Shown piece by piece: positions 8,590 to 19,700 of a DNA stretch of 59,596 nt. The position numbers were made by a program, and so were the translations under genes. Source of the DNA: a virus (taxonomy: Duplodnaviria > Caudoviricetes); IMG/VR virus record IMGVR_UViG_3300046006_003099, positions 1-59,596 of that record, one strand, 5' to 3'. Under the pieces are notes generated by a model. That model saw nothing but the letters and a program-made list of their open reading frames with translations, was not told the DNA's origin and made no database searches. Within the stretch, counting starts at the first letter, position 1; each line of letters opens with the position of its first letter.

Positions 8590-10818
8590 TTAAAAGTCTA
8601 TTGTTAATTCTATGGATGCGGTTGTAGAGTCAGAAATTCTTATTGGTCTCGACAATTTCCCCACTAAAACTAAATTCTGATTATTATCTAATATACCTAT
8701 CTCACTTACATACCTATCATCACCAAACTCAAAAGTATTATTACTAGTAGTGGCGATACTTGCACCATCAACAGTTATATTAAATAACGTTTTATATATT
8801 GTTGCCCCTATGTGAGTTCTTAGGTTACCATAGAATAACCTTTCATCACCTAGTGTCATCTTACCATAATAACTTGCAGTAGACATATCTAATTCATCAC
8901 CCAAATTAAATGTAGTACCACCTGTGTATAAAGATCCTGTTAAAATAAATCCACTAATATTTGGATTTTGATTTTCAAATAATGAAGGACTTATTGTTTC
9001 ACCAGTGTTTACTGTAATATTTGTGGACGTAAAATCAATTACCTTCCAATTTGATGGTAAAGGTCTAGATTGTGTTGTTTTATCTACAACTTGTGCTAAC
9101 ACTTTAAATCTATCTGCAAAGAAACCGTACCCATCATAATTAACGTTTTCTCTTTTTCTCATATAAGGTAATTCATTAAGATTACCTATTCTAAACTGTA
9201 CGTCTTTATCTGTATTAGTCTTGTTATCAATTACAGTGTATCTTTGACAAGGTAGTGTTGGTGTAGTGACTGTGGTAGTACCAGTTGATCCCGTACCCAC
9301 ATTCTCTAACCAATATGTTAAATATAGTGATTCACCCGCCTTTAAAACACCTGTACAGTTACCACTAACTGGTGTTACTAATTCTGCAGCCAAATCAGGT
9401 AAACTATAATTTCTATTAGATTTATACGACATAGCCGCAATTAATTCTTCGTTATCAATAACTACTATCTTTAACTGAGGAAATACTTTACCAACTGACA
9501 ATGGTAATGTAGGGGTAACCGACATACCACTATACTCTATTAAATCGTAATATTCTATATCATTATTACTAGATAATGTTTTTCTAATTGTGTCTGAAGT
9601 AAATCTCATACCTAATGTAGTTCCACTACCAGTACCAATATCATTTCTTCTATGCCACATCACAGGTATATCTAAATTAAGTAATTTACCTGTTTCTTCA
9701 TCAATATAAAATTGTTCACCGTAGAAGTTTGATATACAACTATTGGTATAATGTAAAATACATATAGATTTATTAAATGTGTCCATATAACTCTTACTAT
9801 CCATCATTGAGTTGGTATCAGTAACAGTTATTTGTCTGTTGTACCCTAAATATTGTTTTGTACCCACAAATTGTTCTGAACCAAATAAATTGTTTTCATG
9901 ATAATTTATAGGTGAGTCTTTATATAGTCCCGCAGGATTTTCTGTCCATACATTATTCATATTCCAAACAGGAATGTTGTCTACACATATATCACAACTA
10001 TTTTGGAATGATAGTGTACCCGAATTCCAATACGCAGATAAACTACTAGCACCGTAATATGTGTCCATAGGATCATCACCTCCTGGTAATGTATAATAAG
10101 TTATGATAGTTCCACCATACGCACTAAGTGTTGGTAATGCCCTATCCACTTTAATGGTTGATCCCGCAATGCTGGTTATATTATAAACCGTATTTATTGT
10201 GGCAGATGTCATTGTTGATCCAGTAATATTACCCAATGTAGGGTTACTAAATCTAAAAATAATGTAATCGTTTACACTAGTTGCAGTTAATGGAGTGTTT
10301 AATGTTAAAACACCCTGTGTAAATGTAGTATAATCAGTAGCACCACTAAATTTATTTAAATTAATAGTACCTTGTTCTAAAATAAAATTAGAACTAGTTT
10401 GTGCGACTAAACCACTATCTACCGTAGAACCAGAGAAAAATCCTCTATCGTCCGCTTGATTTGTGACAATGCCTTTTATTAATTGTATATTACTTTGTTG
10501 ATTAAGTGGAAAAATGAATTGATTTGATTGATTAAGTAAAAAAGAAGAAAAGAAAGGGTTATCATCTTTAGGTCGTAAAACTTTAGAATATATATTTTTA
10601 ACTATATTCCCATCTGCCTCTGGGAACCAAAATTCTCCAGTTGACGCACCAATATTTGGTACAAATTCACTCCAACCTTTCACATAATTGTAGTCGACTT
10701 CTGAATCACCAATCATATAGTTGGCGAAAGTTAATTGTCCTTTTGCTAATTGTTCTCTACCAATATCAGTTAATTTTACTCTTACTAAGGTAGTACTTTG
10801 TTTATTTATATAACTCAT
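8590..10818 (-). CDS. Virion structural protein with tail-collar-fibre (DUF3751-like) termini
   Basis: N-terminal VKLTDIGREQLA...GDSEVDY and C-terminal VSEIGILDNNQNLVLVGKLSRPI. Ser/Thr/Gly-rich. Confidence 0.65.
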   Translation of the reverse strand: MSYINKQSTTLVRVKLTDIGREQLAKGQLTFANYMIGDSEVDYNYVKGWSEFVPNIGASTGEFWFPEADGNIVKNIYSKVLRPKDDNPFFSSFLLNQSNQFIFPLNQQSNIQLIKGIVTNQADDRGFFSGSTVDSGLVAQTSSNFILEQGTINLNKFSGATDYTTFTQGVLTLNTPLTATSVNDYIIFRFSNPTLGNITGSTMTSATINTVYNITSIAGSTIKVDRALPTLSAYGGTIITYYTLPGGDDPMDTYYGASSLSAYWNSGTLSFQNSCDICVDNIPVWNMNNVWTENPAGLYKDSPINYHENNLFGSEQFVGTKQYLGYNRQITVTDTNSMMDSKSYMDTFNKSICILHYTNSCISNFYGEQFYIDEETGKLLNLDIPVMWHRRNDIGTGSGTTLGMRFTSDTIRKTLSSNNDIEYYDLIEYSGMSVTPTLPLSVGKVFPQLKIVVIDNEELIAAMSYKSNRNYSLPDLAAELVTPVSGNCTGVLKAGESLYLTYWLENVGTGSTGTTTVTTPTLPCQRYTVIDNKTNTDKDVQFRIGNLNELPYMRKRENVNYDGYGFFADRFKVLAQVVDKTTQSRPLPSNWKVIDFTSTNITVNTGETISPSLFENQNPNISGFILTGSLYTGGTTFNLGDELDMSTASYYGKMTLGDERLFYGNLRTHIGATIYKTLFNITVDGASIATTSNNTFEFGDDRYVSEIGILDNNQNLVLVGKLSRPIRISDSTTASIELTIDF

Positions 10819-10864
10819 TTTTCTCTTTTATTTATTTAATAAATATGTTGAATGTTATTATTTT

Positions 10865-13771
10865 TTAATATGCGTTCCCACTATTATATTGTATCTCTAT
10901 AGAACTTACATCACTATAAGAATAACTATATATAACTTCACCTATAATAGGTGTATAAAATTTTTCATTTTTTATTCTATATATAAATTTATCACCAGCG
11001 GACGCATTTGTCAATGTTACGAATATTTTATAAGTTTTTTCACCTACAACATAATCAGTTACACTACTATATTGTATATTCTGAAAATTAGTATCTGAAG
11101 GATCAGCAAACTCTATAGTAAATTTACCATTAACACTTATAGGTGCAGAATTTATTGACCAACTTATTGCAGGTGTATTTGTTGGAACTAATCCATTTAT
11201 ATTTGAGTTGGGTACATAGAAGGCTTCTATAATATCCCCAACATTTAATGTATCTTCTAAGATAATTCTTCTATCGTTAGATGTAGACGAATAGTACTCT
11301 ATACCTTTTGAAAGTATTGATCCATTTATCGATAAAACTATATCACTTGCAGGGGAAGACACTAAATAAAACTCATATTTATTTTCAGTCGTATTATAAA
11401 AAACTCTATCATTTGTAGTTTGGGTACCTGTGGATCCACTAACTATCGGTGAGGTGATTGAATATACGTCCCCATATAAATTATTAGATGTACCATTATC
11501 CACATACGCGTATGTCAATATTTGTTTATCTAAAGGTGTGAACAATAACTGTACATAAGGTGTTGAAGCCGTTGTGTTTGCACTATACTCTATACCTTTG
11601 GCTAAGACTGAACCATTATAACTAACTATTGGGTCAGATAAACCGTTAACTACATATTGTGTAGTACCACTATTAGTGAATACTGTTTGTACTACTAATG
11701 TATCTATACTAGCAGGTGCAGGTGCAACTGAATTATCAAACAACGGTTTTTCTGCCTCAAATAGACTAATAAAATACCAATCAGTTTCAGGATAATATAA
11801 ACCATAAAGAATACCTCTTTTATATGTATCTATATTATTCTTCCTAACTTCTTGTTGTTTCGCTAAAAAAGTATTTACATTGTACTGCCAATAAGATTTA
11901 ATTAAAAATTCTCCTTCACCTAAATTAACTGAAGGTAAATATATTGTATTACCAGTAGTACCTGTTAGATTTTCATAACCCACACTAAAATTGTATAATG
12001 CAGAATTAGTAAACCCACTATTTGTTTGATCATATTTATAAACCTCACCATAATAAGATAAATTTTTAGATTCAACAACATCGTTAACATTATTTACTAA
12101 AAGGTTAAATAAATACCCTAATCTACCACTATTAATTAGATAAACAAATCTATCAGGTGATAATGTTTTATTTGTAATTACATTAGGTAATCCCCATGTG
12201 GAAGTTGTTCCAGTCACACCCGAAGTTGTTAAATTAAATCCATTTTCTTCAAAATTACATAGTACTCCTAAACCGTTTGGTCTGTGTATCATATGTAAAT
12301 AATCTTTACCGTAATCCGCAACATATATTTTTTCATCAGGACCCATTTGTAACGCACCTAAACTAGCACCACTTAATTCCGCAACCTTTATAACATTCTC
12401 TTCAATTTTTGTAGATGAACTATAAGATAAATCAAACTGATATATTTCTTCTCCCGCACCTTCCGAAATATAAATTTTAGAAGAGTCTGAAGAAAATTCT
12501 AAACCGTATGGTCCAACATTATATGAAAAACCTGTAAGTGTTATTAAATTACTTAAAGTACCAGCAGAAGAATCAAAATCGAAAATGTCTACAATATCTT
12601 CATCATATAATAACGATACTAACTTAGTACCATCAGGTGAAGTTTTCATATATCCTCTCACAGTATTATGAGTACTACCAATACTTGTTACAACTGGACC
12701 ACTCAACCCACTTTGTGTTACTAAGTAGGAATAAAAATTTGTATTTCCACTTGTATGTGTTATAACCCAATAATCCTCACCATTACTATGTAAACACGAT
12801 GTAACTTTTTCTGTGGTAGGTGTAGTGAGTAATTTTATATTCTTACTTTCTATTTCTCCGTTACCACTTTGTAAATCCATATTTACAATAGAGTATTGAA
12901 ACCCATTTGTTGATCCACTGTAATCTGTTACAAATATAAAATACTTATTTGTGTTCGGTCTAGGTATTATAATTGATGATTGTGTAGATGTTCCTGAACT
13001 AGAAAGTCCTGTACCATTAACCATAACAGTATTACCACTCGTATAAACTGTTTGCCCATTCGTATAGAATAGTAAACTACCTTCTTTATTAGATATCGAA
13101 GATACCCCTTCTTGAGATACTACCGATCCACTAATGGATGTTGGTGTCCCTCCAGATTGTATAGGGTTAAAAGTGATTCCTGCGTTGGTACCAAAATACC
13201 AATTATAATTTAATCTATCATATGTGTAACCCGTATATGTTACTGGACCACAAAGTGTGTCTCCAGTAGATGTTGGGATTTTTCTAGTTCCACTTATCGT
13301 AACTTGTGGAAAATCAAAACTATCGAAATCTGTTCTCTCTATATGTGAGTACTTATAACTATTACTTAAAGGTTCCCAACCAAAATTTTCAGTTTCACCC
13401 CTACTAGATAATAAACTATATTTTTTACCTTTATCTATATACAATAAGTCATTATTCGGTTCTACCGATATAACCATATTACTATCACTACTGTTACCCG
13501 ATAAAGAAAATAATAAGTATTTTTCAGTTAAAAGGTTTGAGAAAATTGTATTACCGTAACTTTGTGGGTTACTTAACACATATAAATTTTTTGCGTTAGA
13601 TAAATCTAATGGTAGGAATAATGCAGTTTCCGTTTCAATAAAAGTAGTTAAAGATGAAGCATTAAAATGCACATCAGTAGATACTCTTACATCCACAGGT
13701 GATTCTATTTCACTTATCACATTTGCCGAAACAGAAATTGGATTTTCTATTTTACCTCTTATACTAGCCAT
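10865..13771 (-). CDS. Putative tail/receptor-binding protein with an internal beta-propeller of Bacteroidota T9SS-cargo type
   Basis: The segment NWYFGTNAGITF...LLFYTNG...MKTSPDGTKL...PYGLEFSSD...GALQMGPDEKIY...WGLPN is followed by repeated V.YNGSVLAKGIEY / LSINGSILSKGIEY modules typical of phage structural proteins. Confidence 0.7.
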   Translation of the reverse strand: MASIRGKIENPISVSANVISEIESPVDVRVSTDVHFNASSLTTFIETETALFLPLDLSNAKNLYVLSNPQSYGNTIFSNLLTEKYLLFSLSGNSSDSNMVISVEPNNDLLYIDKGKKYSLLSSRGETENFGWEPLSNSYKYSHIERTDFDSFDFPQVTISGTRKIPTSTGDTLCGPVTYTGYTYDRLNYNWYFGTNAGITFNPIQSGGTPTSISGSVVSQEGVSSISNKEGSLLFYTNGQTVYTSGNTVMVNGTGLSSSGTSTQSSIIIPRPNTNKYFIFVTDYSGSTNGFQYSIVNMDLQSGNGEIESKNIKLLTTPTTEKVTSCLHSNGEDYWVITHTSGNTNFYSYLVTQSGLSGPVVTSIGSTHNTVRGYMKTSPDGTKLVSLLYDEDIVDIFDFDSSAGTLSNLITLTGFSYNVGPYGLEFSSDSSKIYISEGAGEEIYQFDLSYSSSTKIEENVIKVAELSGASLGALQMGPDEKIYVADYGKDYLHMIHRPNGLGVLCNFEENGFNLTTSGVTGTTSTWGLPNVITNKTLSPDRFVYLINSGRLGYLFNLLVNNVNDVVESKNLSYYGEVYKYDQTNSGFTNSALYNFSVGYENLTGTTGNTIYLPSVNLGEGEFLIKSYWQYNVNTFLAKQQEVRKNNIDTYKRGILYGLYYPETDWYFISLFEAEKPLFDNSVAPAPASIDTLVVQTVFTNSGTTQYVVNGLSDPIVSYNGSVLAKGIEYSANTTASTPYVQLLFTPLDKQILTYAYVDNGTSNNLYGDVYSITSPIVSGSTGTQTTNDRVFYNTTENKYEFYLVSSPASDIVLSINGSILSKGIEYYSSTSNDRRIILEDTLNVGDIIEAFYVPNSNINGLVPTNTPAISWSINSAPISVNGKFTIEFADPSDTNFQNIQYSSVTDYVVGEKTYKIFVTLTNASAGDKFIYRIKNEKFYTPIIGEVIYSYSYSDVSSIEIQYNSGNAY

Positions 13772-13776
13772 TTATA

Positions 13777-13784
13777 TATAAATA
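13777..13784 (-). promoter_or_regulatory. Putative phage late-promoter motif TATTTATA
   Basis: 5 nt upstream of the ATG at 13771. The same motif precedes several other structural genes. Confidence 0.55.
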
Positions 13785-13794
13785 CTTTTTAATT

Positions 13795-16700
13795 TTATTC
13801 TGTTGTACAATTATGTATTAATTCTTGATTATAAAAATCACCACCATCTTCCCAATCAGGATCCCCAATTATAGTCACATTACCTTCATATTCATTTGTA
13901 TCATATATCTGTGTTATGAATACTGTATTATAATCACTTATTAATGTATTAGATGCCCTAACACATTTATATATTTTATCTCTTAAAATTGCAATATAAT
14001 TTCTTTGTCTTTCATATAGTGTAGTACCATATATAAAGTTATTTAAATTATTTTCTGCCTGTAGTAAAGTTTCAGTAAGTCCACTACAACTCATAAAGTT
14101 ACTATAGTAATTTTGTTGTTGTAACAAATATTTAGTTTCTTCAGCACTTAAGTCAGTATATAAAGTACTTAATTGTGTTTCTAAATTATTTAGATTATTA
14201 GTTAATAATGTAATTTGTGCACTAACCGAATCAATCTGTGATTGTAAATTAGGGGTATCAAAATCCTGTAAATTAAGTGAACACAATATTTTATTTTGTG
14301 CAGCAATATTATCTTTTACTAACTCAATTTGTATATTTTTGATTCTTATTTGATTTTTAATATTGTTTATAGTATCATTAGTAGGGAACAATGGTATTTG
14401 TTCTACTAATGAATAAACATCTTCAGAACCAATACTAAAATCGGTGTACGCACTTAATGGACAACTATTTGTTGTCTCAATAAGATTTAAACTATATCTT
14501 TTATATTGGAATTTATTTTGATCAAAAATAGTATTTCTATAAATTTTACCTGAATTGTCACAACCTTCCCAAATTGTAGTTGCAGGTACCACTTGTTCTA
14601 ATAAATTTAACCAATAATCACCAATTTTATCCATAAATTCAAACATAATGTTATATGTGAATTTACCTGATAATTCTTTACCACAATTATTAGCATTTAA
14701 ATAAAGTTCGTAGAATAATCTTAGAAGTGGGTAATCACTTATAGTTTGTCTACTCTTTACATCTATTAAATTTGATTGAACTAATTGATCAAATACGTCC
14801 TTAACATTAATTTCTGACGGTTGTATATCTAAATAATCCAATGGATTAATACAGATATTATATGAACTACCAGTATAATACCCATTAGAACATTCATTTA
14901 AAGTTCCACAATATTCACAGTCTCCTTCACAAACACTACACCCGTCAATTGGTTTCCATAGACATTTTGATAAACTACTATCCCACTGATAGTTTTTACC
15001 TAAACCTAAACCTTCAGTACCCTCACCATTAAGTAAATTATTTATTGTTTTACAACATTCTTCGTTTACAAAGGTTGTTTGGTTAAATGTTTGTGCAGTT
15101 ACCCCACTTAAAACTTGTACTAATGTACCACCAGTATATGGTGTACTACCACTATAGATATATGATTCGTAAACTGATATTGTACCATCATAATTTTCAG
15201 TTATTAAACCAAATAAATTATTTGTTTGTTGGTTATTATTAATAACCAATGTATCAGTCCCACAATTATTGTTCTGAATTTCAAAATTAGAAAGACTATA
15301 ACCTAAATTTAATAAATCATAATATGTCGCATTTAATGAATTATTATAATCAGAAGTTAAGGTATAATATTGATTTTTTAATTCAGTAACTTGATTTTCT
15401 AAGATATCAGTAAACGTTGAACAACTAAATGTTAATCCTGTTGTAGATGCAGATAAGTCTAATGTATAATCTAATAATGTGGTAGAACTGTATACCATTC
15501 CACTATACACTACCGTACTGGCAGATGTACAACTTGTTGGGCAACCTCCATCACAGTCTATGTTTTTCCAATAATTAAATACGTCACACTCTATTGCCTT
15601 AGATGGGTCAATACTAAATGTAGTATTTTTAACATTTATTATTAAATCTGAGTGATTAACATCGTAGTTAGTATATCTATATTCTAAATCTGTCCACAAT
15701 CTTTCTTCAGGTGTGCCCATTTTAACTACTTGATAGTTATTGGTGGATGCAGTATTACAAGGACCGTCAGGATATACTGTTTCAGTAATAATTCCTTGAT
15801 CAGTATAAACCCAAGATTTTTTATTATCAATAACACAACTTAATTGTGGTATTAAACAATTATTTAATGAAACTAATCTTTCTGTTTTACAATCAGATAC
15901 ATTAATAATAATGTTATCTATAAGTAAACATACTGAACAGTTATAATTTTCTATTTCTACTGAGAAGAAAAATTCTTTGTTAGGGTATAATCTTCTTAAG
16001 TCATCACATACACATTCTGGTATAGTGAAATTAAATGTACCCCAATTAGGTTCAAATAAATTAGAATTATAAGGTGTATTAGAATTAGATAGTTCTGTAA
16101 ATACTGAATCTTGAATTAATGCAATATCTTGTTCACTACCATCTAAAATAATACCACTATACCCAACTGAAGGATCAAATTCCCAAAAAGGGTTTACCGA
16201 TTGAGTGTAGGGTAAGTATGTAAGATTTGAGTCTACTTGATTTGTATATACTAAATTATTATTATCAACAAATAATTTAAAATTAAGTTTTAAATTATCA
16301 ATTAATGTTAAATAACTTTCAGTATTATTAATATAATTATTGTACTGTGTTAATATTTCAGAATACCAATCATCATATAAAGATTCAGTAATATCAGTAA
16401 TTTCTAAAAGGTTTGTTTCAAGTAATTCTAAAGTATTATTTAAATAATTCAATAATTCTTGAGTACAACAAGGATTAGGTATTGTGGGATCACAAGGACT
16501 AGGTACTTCAGCCAAATCTTGTGTGATAACATCTACCACTTGTTCTGTAGTAAAAGTAGTTTTATTTACATTAGTTTCATTTATAGTAATGTCATATATT
16601 AACTCATCTTTTTGTTGTATTAAACTACTAACTTGTGTTTGATTTTTTTGTAATTCAATTGTTAATGTTATTTTTTCACTATCCGTTAAATCAATATAAC

Positions 16701-19700
16701 CTTCAACATTTGTAATTTCTTTAGGTGTAACACCCAGTATTTTTGCAGTTTCGTTTATAGTATTTTTATAGTCATTTTGATCCATTTGGGGAGTTTGTGT
16801 AACCTCATTCCCAATAATCAAATAATTTTTAGATAATGTATTTATGTTATCTTGAACTATACCGATTTCTTTAATCAACTGATTAATTAACTCCTGATTG
16901 TTTTGGAATTTAGCGTTTACTAATTCTTGTTCTAATGTATTGTTTTTATTACAATTACTTAATAATTCTAAATATATTTTCTTTTGTGCAGATAATCTTT
17001 CATTTTCTGTTTTAACACAGTTATTGAATAAATCCCTATCTCTTAAAGTAATTTCTTTTTTATCACCATAAATTTGTGTAGTACAGTATCCCTCAACATT
17101 GAATGAGTCTATAGCGTAAATTTCATTTTCATAAACTATACAATCTAAAGGTAATGTAACATCTGACAACGCTTTATTAATTATGTCAATTTGACTATTT
17201 TTTTGGTTTATCTGTACATCAATTGCAGTTAAATTAGTTTTTAATTTTGTATTTTCAGTAACTAAAAGATCAACTTGCGTATTCTTTTCCGAAATTACGG
17301 TATTTTTTTGTTTTTCTGAATTAATAATTTCATTTGTTAAAACCGCCTTAGTCGGTAAGTTTTCAGGAGTTTCTTCCACTACACAGTTTGACTCATATTG
17401 CGAAATTACGCCATTAATACCTTCAATAGTATTCTTATAGTCCATATATAAATTAGTCCAAAGCCCATACTCTAATGGTATTTCTAACATACAAATATTT
17501 GTAGTAGTAATGTATTTATTAAAATCTATAAAACAACCAGGTTCTACTATATTAAGGAAATAACAGTCCCCAATACTCCTTTCTAATTCTTTTTTGATAG
17601 AATTTAAGTTAGTACCATAAGTAATCAATTCACTATAATCAAAATCAAATGTATTTAATAACTGACTATTAGGTGTTGATATAATTTCTCCATATGTGTT
17701 AGTAATATTTCTAACCCAATTAAAGTTTACGGAATACGATTCTTTCAATTCGGTGATGTTACCACCAACGGCATTACAACATTGTAAAATAGGTTCATTT
17801 TGTTGTGTGTTTTGCCATATAACATACTCTTCAGTAACATCTTCATTATCGTTAAAATTATTTTCTAATAATGAACTATCTTCTTCACTATTTGTAAATG
17901 AAACAAAGTTCATACAATACAAACTATTAAGTGTGTTGTCGTGTATAATCGCAGGATAACAATCTATTCTAGTGACGCACTCTTTCAAATTCTCTGTCTG
18001 ATATTTTATCATATAGTCAAAAGAGAAATCAACTTTACAAGAACAATCTGTTACTTCAGGTAATTTAAAACCTGACCAAGCCTCACTCGCAAAAACTATC
18101 GATACATTATCTAGACTACCACAACCAATGTGGTTTGGATCTACTACCGCATTTGTAATGGAATTAGGGTTTTCAGTATATAAATTACCATTATCTACAT
18201 AAGGTATCAAATTATTAGTAATTGTATCAATATAAAATGAACCATAGGTATATTGAGTGAATAATGCTCCCACTGATTGGTATAATTGTGCCAATTGACC
18301 CGTTGCGTTCCAATCTAATACAAAGTCGTTATAATATTCTGTTGGTGTAAAACTAACTCTACCGTATTCATCTATTGTATGTACCACCCAATTTGTTGGA
18401 TCCATAAAATTTGGATCTTCAAATAATGAATTCAATATTGTTTCATAACAATCTATACAATCTTGACCAACACCTTTAACTATAATTGCTTCTTCTAAAC
18501 AATCATCGTAAATTGTTGTTGAATAATATTGCGGTACTTCACCTATTGGGTTTTGTAATTCCACGTACCCAATTGTTGTATCATATAATGAAGGTGGTAT
18601 TACAAAAGTTGAACTTAGATTAGGTGGTACTAATTCATGATAGATTTGAATTTGTTCTTGTATTGCGTTTTGTTCAATTTGGAAATTAATTTTTTTAAAT
18701 GTTGCACCTACTAAAGGTGTCTCTACAGTTTCTTTACCACTACCTACCATACCTATTGGATTAGTATTTGGTACTGTGGTACCTGCAAGACCAATAACTG
18801 GTGTTGAGGGTAAAGAAGGTACTGAAGGGTTGGTAAATGGAACAGGTTCACCTTTATCGGGTGTAGTACTAACTACGTTCCCATTAGTTCCTGATGTACC
18901 ATCTAATTGTGTCCCTAAATCGTTAATATATTCATCTATATCATTTGTTGTCGATGATGGTGTAGTTAAAGAACTACCCGAAGTACAAACAATATAACTT
19001 ATATCATCCTCTTCGATTATTTGGTAATTATACCCATACCACGCACAACATTCAGGACTACTAATTATAGTGGTTAACTGACACGCAACTTCTTTAAAGT
19101 ATATAGTAAATTGGCTTCCAGGCGCATTTGGGTTTAACCCATTTAAATAATTTTGTGGCGTTACAGGTGATAATAGATTGTTCAAGTATTTTGATCCTGC
19201 AGATGTTAACTGATAACATTTATTATTAAATGAATAAACGTTACTCGGCATTGTATTATTATTTAATTCAAATACTATAATACCGTTTGCTAATGTGTCT
19301 ACTGGATTACCTACACACGGTGCGTTTTTAGAACAGTACTCAACCACTCTACATTCTTCATTAGTATATGTAACATATTGTCCTCCTTCAGAAGTACAAC
19401 AAGACGCAAATTCATTAAATGATACTTTAGTACCACCAGAATTTACAAAATATATGTATGGATCACAAGTTACCGCACTTAATGATGAACAATCAATTTT
19501 AAAGTTATCTTGTGGTAATTCATTTACACAAATTTGTAGTGTTTGGTTGATATCACAATTTTCACTAGAAACTTCTAAAAGTGCATTGTTTTGTGCCACT
19601 GTATAGTTGTTTTGAATTACATACCATTCTGGCGAATACGCTAAATAACTATTTTGTAGTATCTGTTGTTGGTAATCTAAGTATGTCTCTTCCGCAGCCT

